NCBI GenBank assembly: GCA_037386965.1
Contig: JARRLN010000011.1
Span: 1 to 54,664 of the forward strand
DNA from: Nitrospirota bacterium
GTDB taxonomy: Bacteria; Nitrospirota; Thermodesulfovibrionia; Thermodesulfovibrionales; JdFR-86
Length of the DNA: 54,664 nucleotides
Direction: 5' to 3'
In this document: in pieces, positions 27,695 through 39,008 of the stretch
Layout of the letters: the number at the start of each line of letters is the position of its first letter
Numbering within the stretch: the first letter of the stretch is position 1
Position numbers and translations under genes: made by a program
The notes under the pieces: model-generated
What the model saw: only the letters and a program-made list of their open reading frames with translations
Databases searched by the model: none
What the model was told of the DNA's origin: nothing

Positions 27695-27983
27695 CCGCAT
27701 TCCCTTCCGGTCAATCACCAAAGCCTTCGGGACCGCAACTAAAAATTGTAGAGAAGTTCGACGGTCACTTCATGGCGCCCGTGCCCGGTACGTACAGCCC
27801 CGGCTAACACCCGTGGCCCATTGCAGGCCGCCATCCGGGGGGCCCGGAGCCGGGATTTGTTCGGAGCGGCCTCCTCTTTCGTTCTCCCTTTTCCTGTCCC
27901 GGGAATCCCGCTTGCTCTCCAAGATTAGATTGATTATATCAGCATTTCATGCAGGGGGCACCGGGGAGGCGGGGTGCATGCCC

Positions 27984-28099
27984 GCACTGGAGAGAAACGG
28001 CGGTTTCGGCGCGGCCTTGACCCGCAGGGGGAACGGCGAGCCCGTCCGGACGTCCGGCCCGGAGCTTAGAGCTTGACCTTGGCGGCCCGGGACAGGGTC
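27984..28099. repeat. Direct repeat copy 2: functional aroF 3' end plus downstream sequence
   Basis: Partner of 25118-25213; reads LSRAAKVKL* on the minus strand. Confidence 0.92.
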
Positions 28100-29082
28100 T
28101 TGAGTTTTTCCATCACCTGCCCGAACTCCTCGATGTCCAGCGACTGCGGCCCGTCGCAGAGGGCCCGGGCGGGGTCGGGATGGACCTCCAGCATGACGCC
28201 GTCGGCCCCGGCGGCCAGGGCGGCGAAGCACAGGGGCGGGATGTACTGCCTGACGCCCGTGGCGTGGGAGGGGTCGATGATGATGGGCAGGTGGGAGCGC
28301 TCCTGGATGACGGGGACAGCGGAGATGTCCAGGGTGTTGCGCGTGGCGTTCTCGAAGGTGCGGATGCCCCGCTCGCAAAGCACCAGGGCCGTGCAGCCCT
28401 CCGAGAGCACGTACTCGGCAGACATGAGGAACTCCTGGATGGTGGTGGACATGCCCCGCTTGAGGAGGATGGGCTTGCCCAGCCTCCCCACGGTGCGCAG
28501 CAGGGAGAAGTTCTGCACGTTTCTGGCCCCTATCTGGAGCATGTCGGCGTACTCGGCGGCCAGCTCGGCGCTCCGGGTGTTGATGACCTCCGTGACGAAG
28601 GGCAGCCCCGTCTCCGTGCGCGCCTTGGCCAGGAGCTTGAGGCCCTCCTCCTCCATCCCCTGGAAAGAATAGGGCGAGGTGCGGGGCTTGAAGGCCCCGC
28701 CCCGGAGCATACGGGCCCCGGCCTTCTTGACGCCCTCGGCGGCCTTTATTATCTGCTTTTCGCTTTCCACCGAGCAGGGCCCGGCGATGATGCCGAAGTG
28801 GCCCGCGCCGAAGACCGCCCTGCCCACGGTGACCACGGTGCGGTCGCGCTTGAACTCCCGGCTGGCCAGCTTGTAGGGCTGAAGGATGGGGACCATCTTC
28901 TCCACGCAGGGCAGGGCCTCGAGGTTCTGAAGCTGCACCTTGCCCCGCTCGTCGCCGATGGCGCCGATGACCGTGCGCTCCACGCCCACGCTGACGTGAG
29001 GGGTGAGCCCCACGGCCTCTATCTTTTTCACGATGCCTTCAATCTGTTTTTTGCTGCACCCTTTCCTCAAAACGATGATCAT
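28066..29082 (-). CDS. aroF: DAHP synthase (type I-beta, N-terminal regulatory domain)
   Basis: IAGPCSVES, RGGAFKPRTSPYSFQG, QIGARNVQN, LKRG, CERGIRT, DPSHATG, EVHPDP..DGPQSL; SD GAGGAGG. Confidence 0.96.
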   Translation of the reverse strand: MIIVLRKGCSKKQIEGIVKKIEAVGLTPHVSVGVERTVIGAIGDERGKVQLQNLEALPCVEKMVPILQPYKLASREFKRDRTVVTVGRAVFGAGHFGIIAGPCSVESEKQIIKAAEGVKKAGARMLRGGAFKPRTSPYSFQGMEEEGLKLLAKARTETGLPFVTEVINTRSAELAAEYADMLQIGARNVQNFSLLRTVGRLGKPILLKRGMSTTIQEFLMSAEYVLSEGCTALVLCERGIRTFENATRNTLDISAVPVIQERSHLPIIIDPSHATGVRQYIPPLCFAALAAGADGVMLEVHPDPARALCDGPQSLDIEEFGQVMEKLKTLSRAAKVKL

Positions 29083-29255
29083 CTGAGAGCCTCCTCTTGG
29101 ACGCACCCTCCGCCCCGGCGCACGGCCGGCGGTCGTCGCGGGCCGCCGGATGCCCCGCCTCAGACGCAAAGGCGAGGGGGAGAAGCACGGAATGACTGAT
29201 AAATTAATACAGGGGAGCCCCGCAAGTCAACGAAAACGGGCGGCCCAGGCCGCTC

Positions 29256-30116
29256 TCAGTAGTCTATCAGGACGTAGTCCGCGTTCTCGTGGGTGAGCTC
29301 GCCGGGGTCCATGCCGGGCATGAGGGGCTGGATGACGACGTAGGGATAGCCCCCCTCCATGCGGTCCATCTGCGTGGGGATGCCCTGCTTGAGGGCGTGG
29401 GTATAGCCGGCCAGCACCAGCACGGAGCTTCGGGGGTTGTTCTTGAGGTACTGGATGACGTGCCACGCCATGGCCTTGTCCCAGAGGAGCTGAGCCTCGC
29501 AGAAGTGGACGAACGTCTTGTCCCCGGGCCCGTGCATGCGGTACATCATGCGGATGTAATCCATGTACTCCCTGTCCACGTTACAGGTGAGCACCGGGGG
29601 GATGCCCTTCAGGTCCTCCTCGGTGAGGGAATCGAAGCCGTCGCGGGCGACCTTCTCGGTAATCTCCTTCGGAACGTTGAGCCCTATCAGGTGGACCTTC
29701 TCCCGGCGCGCATAGAGAAATATCTGCCGGTAGAAGCGCCACGGATAGCCCCAGTTGGCCAGGTAGATGGCGCTGAAACGCTCCTCGGAAAGCTCCCCCG
29801 CCACCCATTCGTTCAGGGCTTTCTGGTCCCTGGACCTGAACATCTCGAGGCCCGCGGCCAGGGCGTCTTTCCGGGACCCGTGCAGCGCCTTCAGGACCTC
29901 GAGCTCCGCCCTGTGGTGGGGCGCGTACGTGTGAGCCTCGCCCATGAAGACGAGGCGCACGTCCCGGATTTCTTTGTACATCTGCTCGCGGCTGATGGTC
30001 TCGCCATCGCTGGTCCTCAGGACGCGCTCGTGGGCCAGCCCCCTGCCCGGCGAAAGCACAAAGGCCAGAAGGACCAGAACGGGGAGGACGGATTTCCTGA
30101 AAAAGCCTCCTGCCAT
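29256..30116 (-). CDS. ChaN/Tiki-superfamily exported protein
   Basis: Signal peptide; VFMGEAHT, GLEMF, AQLLWDKAMA, VLAGYTH. Confidence 0.8.
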   Translation of the reverse strand: MAGGFFRKSVLPVLVLLAFVLSPGRGLAHERVLRTSDGETISREQMYKEIRDVRLVFMGEAHTYAPHHRAELEVLKALHGSRKDALAAGLEMFRSRDQKALNEWVAGELSEERFSAIYLANWGYPWRFYRQIFLYARREKVHLIGLNVPKEITEKVARDGFDSLTEEDLKGIPPVLTCNVDREYMDYIRMMYRMHGPGDKTFVHFCEAQLLWDKAMAWHVIQYLKNNPRSSVLVLAGYTHALKQGIPTQMDRMEGGYPYVVIQPLMPGMDPGELTHENADYVLIDY

Positions 30117-30331
30117 GGCCCCATTGTATCGCGAAACGGGGAGCGCTTCAACACATCTTATGAGCCTCACACATTTTCCAGACAGCTCCCGCGCCGGAGG
30201 AAAAACGTGTGCCTCTTCATGGTTTTGGCGGGAAGGGGACACAGGTGGTCCACTGCACGTCAACGCCGAAAACGTATCGCGGCTTCTTCGCTGTGGTAAA
30301 ATGCGGGAAGTCCGCGAATGGCGCATTTTTC

Positions 30332-31090
30332 GTGAAAATAGCCCTTCTTCAGATGGACGGGGCATGGGAGAACCCGGCCCGCAACCACGAGCGTGCCCGG
30401 GCCCTCGCTGCGGAGGCCGGGGCCGGAGGAGCCCGCCTGTGCGTTCTTCCGGAGATGTTCTCCACGGGATTTACCATGAACGTGGACGCCCTGCGCGAGG
30501 ACTCCGGCACGGAGCGCTTTCTCGCCGACCTGGCCCGCGAGTGCAGGGTCGCCGTGGTGGCGGGCTATGCCGAGCGGGCCCGGGGCGGGAGGGCCAGGAA
30601 CCTGGCCGGCGTCTGGGATGCCGAGGGAGGCCTCCTTGCCCGGTACGCCAAGATGCATCCCTTCTCCCCCGCGGGGGAGGAACGTTGCTTCGAGGCCGGC
30701 GAGGGGCCGGTGCTCTTCGGCATCGAGGGCATGGAGGCAAGCGTTTTCATCTGCTACGACCTCCGGTTCCCCGAGGTTTTCAGGGAGGTGGCCCCCCGGG
30801 CCGCCGCCCTGTTCGTCCTGGCCAACTGGCCCCGCAGCCGGAGGGAGCACTGGCTGGTGCTCCTCAGGGCCAGGGCAATCGAGAACCAGTGTTTCGTGGT
30901 GGGGGTAAACCGCGTGGGGACGGACGGAAACGGCATCGCCTACTGCGGGGACTCGGCGGTCTTCGGCCCCGAAGGGGAGACCCTGCTTGTGGCGGGGGAC
31001 GGGGAGGGCGTGTTTCCGGCGGAGCTGGACCCGGCGCTGGTGCAGGAGGCCCGGCGGCGTTTGCCCGCCCTGAGGGACAGGAGAAGGTGA
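30332..31090 (+). CDS. Carbon-nitrogen hydrolase (nitrilase family)
   Basis: E-K-C triad: LPEMFSTG, YAKMHPF, ICYDLRFPE; RAIENQCFVVGVNRVG. Confidence 0.92.
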   Translation: MKIALLQMDGAWENPARNHERARALAAEAGAGGARLCVLPEMFSTGFTMNVDALREDSGTERFLADLARECRVAVVAGYAERARGGRARNLAGVWDAEGGLLARYAKMHPFSPAGEERCFEAGEGPVLFGIEGMEASVFICYDLRFPEVFREVAPRAAALFVLANWPRSRREHWLVLLRARAIENQCFVVGVNRVGTDGNGIAYCGDSAVFGPEGETLLVAGDGEGVFPAELDPALVQEARRRLPALRDRRR

Positions 31091-31106
31091 GCTCTGGGAG
31101 CACAAA

Positions 31107-31141
31107 AAAGGCCCGCCCCCGGGATCGGCGGGCGGGCCTTT
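31107..31141. terminator. Hairpin terminator between convergent hydrolase and rpsU
   Basis: aaaggcccgccc-N11-gggcgggccttt with A/T tracts on both sides. Confidence 0.8.
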
Positions 31142-31157
31142 AAAAAAACCACATCCC

Positions 31158-31346
31158 TCAGCGGCGCTTTCTCTGGCTCTTGAGCTGGCGCTTGCGGGAC
31201 TCCCTCTGCTTGCGGCGCAGCTTCTCGGAGGGCTTCTCGTAGTAGCGGCGCTTCTTCAGCTCCCCGAGGAGGCCGTTCTTCTGGACCTCCCTCTTGAGGA
31301 CTTTCAGGGCTTTTTCGACATCATTGTCGTTGACCCGTATTTCCAA
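31158..31346 (-). CDS. rpsU: 30S ribosomal protein S21
   Basis: VEKALKVLKR, KKRRYYEKPSEKLRRK; TTG start with SD AAGGAAGG. Confidence 0.95.
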   Translation of the reverse strand: MEIRVNDNDVEKALKVLKREVQKNGLLGELKKRRYYEKPSEKLRRKQRESRKRQLKSQRKRR

Positions 31347-31590
31347 TTATATCAACCTTCCTTCTTTTCTTCGTGGTTCCGCACCCCTTTCGGCGGAAGC
31401 AGCACGGCGTCCCTGCGGTTCGGACATGCCCCGCCCCTCGGGCAATGGGATATCTCCCTCCGGCGGCCCTGTCCGGCCCACAGGCCGGCAGCTTTGAACT
31501 TCGGGTGTCTCACCACCTTCCTCTTCGCCGCGGCTCGAACCCCCCGCCGTCTGACCGCCGCTTGAGGCGGAGCAGAGGCCGCACGATGAG

Positions 31591-31629
31591 AAATAAAAAA
31601 GGCCGCATTCCATCTGCTCTTCAGCGGCC
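31591..31629 (-). terminator. Terminator-like hairpin upstream of rpsU
   Basis: ggccgc-N17-gcggcc followed by TTTTTTATTT on the minus strand. Confidence 0.55.
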
Positions 31630-31662
31630 CGGTACGTACATCTTAAAAAAACCGTGCTATAA

Positions 31663-31692
31663 AATATGTCACATGAAAGCGATTCTTGTCAA
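31663..31692 (-). promoter_or_regulatory. Sigma-70 promoter between atpC and rpsU
   Basis: TTGACA-N18-CATATT with TG extension. Confidence 0.55.
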
Positions 31693-31865
31693 CCCTCCGC
31701 GCAGGCCCAGCGCCCCATAAAACCGCCCGGGGATGTCCTCACCCGTCCCGGGCTCCCTCATCCGCGCCCGGCGCCGATGCCCCCAGCGCCCATATCGGCC
31801 CCCCTTTACCACCTGGCGTGACCCTGCCGGGCACCAGGACACGGCGCCCCCCCTCTGGGGAGGCT

Positions 31866-32276
31866 TTACCGCCCGACGACTCTCTCGACTATGTGAATCC
31901 GCGTCAGGGCCCTCTCCAGGGCCGCCTCCGCCCGGGTGAAGTCCACGTCTTCCTGCTCCTTGAGACGGTCTTCGGCCCTCCGCTTGGCCTCCATGGCCCT
32001 CTCGACGTCGATGTCCTCGGCGCGCTCCGCACTGTCGGCCAGGACGGCCGTCTTCTCGGGCCCCACCTCCGCATAGCCCCAGCCCACGAAGAAGTACAGG
32101 GGCTGCCCGTCCTTGCGCGCCTGAAACAGGCCCGCCCTGAGGGTCGTGACGAAGGGAGCGTGCTCCGGCAGCACCCCGAACTCGCCCTCGCTTCCGGTGG
32201 CCGTCACCTCGTCCACCTCGTCGCTGAAGACGGCCCCGTAGGGGGTGACGATGTCGAGCCTGAGCTTCTCGGCCAT
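31866..32276 (-). CDS. atpC: F1 ATP synthase epsilon
   Basis: LDIVTPYG, GEFGVLPEHAP, GYAEVG, DIDVERA. Confidence 0.97.
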   Translation of the reverse strand: MAEKLRLDIVTPYGAVFSDEVDEVTATGSEGEFGVLPEHAPFVTTLRAGLFQARKDGQPLYFFVGWGYAEVGPEKTAVLADSAERAEDIDVERAMEAKRRAEDRLKEQEDVDFTRAEAALERALTRIHIVERVVGR

Positions 32277-32279
32277 CCC

Positions 32280-33725
<1,446 letters not shown>

Positions 33726-33743
33726 CTATCCCCAGGGCGGGGG

Positions 33744-34649
33744 CTACGAGGCCTTCAGGGCCTCCACCCCGCCCACGATGTCCATGAGCTCCGCCGTGAT
33801 GGTCGCCTGGCGCGCCTTGTTGTACTGCAAGGTGAGCTTCTCTATCATTTCGTTGGCGCTCTTGGTGGCGTTTTCCATGGCAGACATCCGCGCGGCCTCC
33901 TCCGAGGCCTGCGACTCCAGGAGCGCCCGGTACACCTGGACCTCCACGTTCTTGGGCAGCAGGGCGTCCAGGAGCAGCTCCTCGGAAGGCTCGTAGATGT
34001 ACCCCGCCGCGGGGCCCGCCTCGGCCCCCCCGGCCGCCTCCTCCCCCGCCGCCATGGGCAGGAGTTTTACGGCCCGCACCTGCTGCCGGATGACGTTGAC
34101 GAACTCGTTATAGACCATGTAGACCTCGTCCAGGTCGCCCTCGATGAAGCGGGAAGTCATGCCGGCGGCTATCTGCTGGGCCTCACGGAAGGATATCTTC
34201 CCCGAGAGGCCGACCCAGGTGTTGCTGACCTCGATTCTTCTGCGCCTGTAATAATCCCGCGCCTTCTTGCCCACGACGCTAACACCCGCATCCACCGGCC
34301 CGCCGGAAACGGAGTTCACCTCTTCCTTGCCCAGCTCGGCCATCAGCGCGGAGGCCGAGCGGAGGATGTTGGTGTTGAAGGCCCCGCAGAGCCCCCTGTC
34401 CGAGGTGATGACCAGAACCTCGACGTTGTGCCGGGGCCGCACGGCCAGAAGGGGATGGGCCTCCTCCTTCGTGCGCGCCGCCAGGCCCTCTATGACGGAC
34501 TGCATCTTGTCGGCGTAGGGCCTCAGCTCCAGCATCCGGCCCTGGGCCCGGCGGAGCTTGGCCGCCGAGACCATCTTCATGGCCCGGGTAATCTGCCGGG
34601 TGCTCTTGACGGCCCGGATGCGCCGCTGTATGTCTCTCAGCGTTGCCAT
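33744..34649 (-). CDS. atpG: F1 ATP synthase gamma
   Basis: QITRAMKMVSAAK, SDRGLCGAFN, RMSAMENAT, YNKARQATIT. Confidence 0.99.
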   Translation of the reverse strand: MATLRDIQRRIRAVKSTRQITRAMKMVSAAKLRRAQGRMLELRPYADKMQSVIEGLAARTKEEAHPLLAVRPRHNVEVLVITSDRGLCGAFNTNILRSASALMAELGKEEVNSVSGGPVDAGVSVVGKKARDYYRRRRIEVSNTWVGLSGKISFREAQQIAAGMTSRFIEGDLDEVYMVYNEFVNVIRQQVRAVKLLPMAAGEEAAGGAEAGPAAGYIYEPSEELLLDALLPKNVEVQVYRALLESQASEEAARMSAMENATKSANEMIEKLTLQYNKARQATITAELMDIVGGVEALKAS

Positions 34650-34658
34650 GGTCCCCTG

Positions 34659-36167
<1,509 letters not shown>

Positions 36168-36171
36168 TGTC

Positions 36172-36708
36172 TCACCCCTTTATCAGCTCATCTTTGAGGA
36201 GCCGCAGCTGTCCTCTGATGCTCCCGTCGAACATGGTGCTGCCCATCTTTACAAGCACGCCCCCCAGAAGGGAAGGGTCGGTCTGAAACTCCACGGTCAC
36301 TTCCCTGGCGGAGACCCTCTTCAGGGCCTCCTTGAGCCTGGCCGCGTAAGAGCCGTTCAGGGGCATGGGCGTAACCACCGTGGCCTTGGCCAGGCCGCGC
36401 CTCTCGGCATAGAGGGCCACGGCGTGCCTCAGTATCTCCGGAATGGCCCCCGCCGCAGCCTCCTCGGAGAGAAACGTCAGAAACTTCACCGTCGTCGGAG
36501 ACAGGGCCGCCCGGGAGCCCACCGCCTCCAGGCCCTTCTGGTGCTCCTCGTCGGTGAACACGGGGTTCAGGAGGAAGTTCTTGAAGTCCTCGCTCCGCCC
36601 CAGGAGGGCGTCCACCAGGGCCAGCTCCTCCAGGGCTCCGGGGGCGTCCTCTCCCACGGCCCCGAGGAACATCCGCGCGTAGCGTTTTGCGTTCCGGTTG
36701 TTCTTCAT
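36172..36708 (-). CDS. atpH: ATP synthase delta
   Basis: [33 protein letters not shown]; ATG overlaps the atpF TGA. Confidence 0.95.
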   Translation of the reverse strand: MKNNRNAKRYARMFLGAVGEDAPGALEELALVDALLGRSEDFKNFLLNPVFTDEEHQKGLEAVGSRAALSPTTVKFLTFLSEEAAAGAIPEILRHAVALYAERRGLAKATVVTPMPLNGSYAARLKEALKRVSAREVTVEFQTDPSLLGGVLVKMGSTMFDGSIRGQLRLLKDELIKG

Positions 36709-37304
36709 TCCTTCTCTATCTTCCCGAGGGCCTCTTCCAGGAGGCGCTCCTGCTCGTCCTTGGTTATCTTGCCTTCCAGCCTCTTTTCGGCCAGCTCCAT
36801 GGCCAGCTCCACGGCCTCGGCCTTGATGGCCGCGCGGGCCTGGTTCAGCTCGAAGTCTATGTTCACCCTGGCCTGCTCCAGAATCTTCTGGCTGAGGCGC
36901 TCGCCCTCCTCGTGAAGGCGGTCGCGCTCCCGTCCGCCTCTCTCCGTGGAGAGCCGCATCATTTCCTCGGCCTCCTTGTCCTTCTCCCTCAGGCGCTGCT
37001 CCACCTCGTCGAGGGCCTTCTGGGCCAGCTCCTTGGCCTCCCGTGCCTCGTCGAGGCTCTTCTTGATGGTTTCGCTCCGGGTGCGGAAAAAGTCTCTGAC
37101 GGGCTTTCTTCCGAAATAGATGAGGGCGGCCGCCAGGATGGCGAAATTTATCAGCTGCCACAGGAAGCCCAGAAGGACGGAGCCGTGCTCCTCCCCGCCC
37201 CCCTCGGGGGCCCCGAAAACGGGCCCGGCCAGCAGGGCGCAAAGGAAAAGAGCGCCCGGGACCAGGGGCAGGTATCTCTTTGCCAGCTCCTTCATGCTCG
37301 TCAT
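36705..37304 (-). CDS. atpF: ATP synthase subunit b
   Basis: WQLINFAILAAALIYFG..F..R..TI followed by coiled coil. Confidence 0.9.
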   Translation of the reverse strand: MTSMKELAKRYLPLVPGALFLCALLAGPVFGAPEGGGEEHGSVLLGFLWQLINFAILAAALIYFGRKPVRDFFRTRSETIKKSLDEAREAKELAQKALDEVEQRLREKDKEAEEMMRLSTERGGRERDRLHEEGERLSQKILEQARVNIDFELNQARAAIKAEAVELAMELAEKRLEGKITKDEQERLLEEALGKIEKE

Positions 37305-37720
37305 ACCCCTATAAGCTTGCTTACGATGTCCTCGGAGAAGGTCTCCACGTCCTTCCTGAGGGACTGGCGGGCCCGGTCGGACTCGGCCCTGATTTCCTCC
37401 CGCGCCTTCTCCACCAGGGCGGAAGCCTCATCCCCCGTCTTCTTCAGAAGCTCCCTCTGCCTCTCCAGCCCCTCCTGCTTCAGGGCATCGAAGGCATCCC
37501 GCGCCCGCGCCGAGGCGGCGGCCATCTCGCGCTTGAGCTCCTCCAGCCTGGCCTCCCGGTCCTCGGTCATGCCCCGCGCCGCCATGAGCCTGCCGGATAT
37601 GGCCTCCTCCCTTTCCCGAAACAGCTTGAGCAGAGGAGCGAAAAGTATGCGGTTCAGGATGTACGTCAGGACGAGGAAGTTCGCCACGAGGACAAAAAAC
37701 CAATAGTTCAGTTCCAGCAC
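37301..37720 (-). CDS. ATP synthase subunit b'
   Basis: ANFLVLTYILNRILFAPLLK..RE..I; second b-type subunit. Confidence 0.9.
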   Translation of the reverse strand: MLELNYWFFVLVANFLVLTYILNRILFAPLLKLFREREEAISGRLMAARGMTEDREARLEELKREMAAASARARDAFDALKQEGLERQRELLKKTGDEASALVEKAREEIRAESDRARQSLRKDVETFSEDIVSKLIGV

Positions 37721-37780
37721 TTGCGCATTCCCCTTAATTGAAAGTGAAAAGCCTGCGAATGGAAATGAAAACTTTGTGAG

Positions 37781-37808
37781 ATTATCATATGGTGCGAATC
37801 GGAGTCAA
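37781..37808 (-). promoter_or_regulatory. Sigma-70 promoter of the atp operon
   Basis: TTGACT-N16-GATAAT, ~60 nt upstream of the b' start. Confidence 0.55.
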
Positions 37809-37859
37809 GAACCTTGGGCCGCATTTATAAGCTGATAAGAATTAATGATAAAATAGTCC

Positions 37860-39008
37860 GTGTTCCAGGAACGGCTCATCAGGCTCAAGGCGGCGGGGCT
37901 TCTGCGGGAAAGGAACGACCGCGAAGGCCCCCAGGCGCGCCACCTGCGGATGGAAGGCAGGGAGCTTCTGAACTTCGCCTCCAACGACTACCTGGGCCTG
38001 GCCGCGGACCCCCGCCTGAAGGAGGCGGCGCGCCGTGCCCTCCAAAGGGAGGGCACCGGGGGCGGGGCGGCCCGGCTTCTGGGCGGGGGCAGCACCCTTC
38101 AAAGAGAGCTGGAGACGGCCGCCGCCGCCCTGAAGGGCGCCCCGGACGCCCTCCTTCTGGGCTCGGGCTTCCAGGCAAACACGGGCATCCTGCCGGCCCT
38201 GGCCGGCCGGGGAGACGTCATTCTCTCCGACGAGCTCAACCACGCCAGCATCGTCGACGGCACCCGCCTGGCCCGGGCCATGACCTACCGCTACCGACAC
38301 CGGAGCATGGAGCACCTGGAAAAGCTCCTGGGAAAGGTCGCCGTCTCGGGAAAGCGGATAGTGGCCACCGACACGGTCTTCAGCATGGACGGCACGGTCG
38401 CCCCCCTCCGGGACATCCTGTCGCTTTGCGAGCGCTACGACGCCCTCCTTTACCTCGACGACGCCCACGGCACCGGGGTGCTGGGCGGCGGCAGGGGGGC
38501 GCTCAGCCACGCGGGCCTTGCCCCCGGGGGACGCGTCATTCAGATGGGGACCTTCTCCAAGGCCCTGGGCTCCTACGGCGCCTTCGCTGCGGCGGAGGGG
38601 GCCGCCATAGAGTGGCTCGTGCAGGCGGCGCGAAGCTTCGTCTACTCCACGGCCCTTCCCCCCGCGGTGGTCGCGGCCTCGCTGGAGGCCGTGCGCATCG
38701 TCTCCCGCGAGCCCGTGCCGGAGGTCGAGAGGCTCTGGAGAAACAGGGAGCTCCTGCACCGGGGGCTCGGCGAGCTGGGCCTCGACACAGGCCGCTCCGA
38801 AACGCCCATTCTCCCGGTTTTCCCCGGAGACGTGGAGCGCACGCTCCGCGTGGCCCGGGGCCTTCGCGAGCGGGGCATCTACGCACCGGCCATCCGCCCG
38901 CCCACCGTACCCACGCCCCGGATACGCCTGAGCGTGACCGCCGCCCACGGCGAAGAGGACGTGGACAGGCTCCTCCGGGCGCTCAAGGACGTGCTGGCCT
39001 CCCTATGA
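37860..39008 (+). CDS. bioF: 8-amino-7-oxononanoate synthase (alpha-oxoamine synthase family)
   Basis: NFASNDYLGLA, SDELNHASIVDG, VFSMDG, DDAHGTG, GTFSKALG, PAIRPPTVP. Confidence 0.8.
   Translation: MFQERLIRLKAAGLLRERNDREGPQARHLRMEGRELLNFASNDYLGLAADPRLKEAARRALQREGTGGGAARLLGGGSTLQRELETAAAALKGAPDALLLGSGFQANTGILPALAGRGDVILSDELNHASIVDGTRLARAMTYRYRHRSMEHLEKLLGKVAVSGKRIVATDTVFSMDGTVAPLRDILSLCERYDALLYLDDAHGTGVLGGGRGALSHAGLAPGGRVIQMGTFSKALGSYGAFAAAEGAAIEWLVQAARSFVYSTALPPAVVAASLEAVRIVSREPVPEVERLWRNRELLHRGLGELGLDTGRSETPILPVFPGDVERTLRVARGLRERGIYAPAIRPPTVPTPRIRLSVTAAHGEEDVDRLLRALKDVLASL

Noticed and set aside
29163-29171. GACGCAAAG resembling part of a c-di-GMP-I riboswitch
   Set aside because: Wrong strand for aroF; the GNRA stem and remaining consensus are missing.
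36172-37720. atp operon lacking atpB/atpE
   Set aside because: Split F0 operons with b and b' are a known arrangement; not novel.
37774-37790. TTGTGA-N5-TCATAT as a Rex or CRP site at the atp promoter
   Set aside because: Spacing is one base short of both consensus sites and the symmetry is poor.
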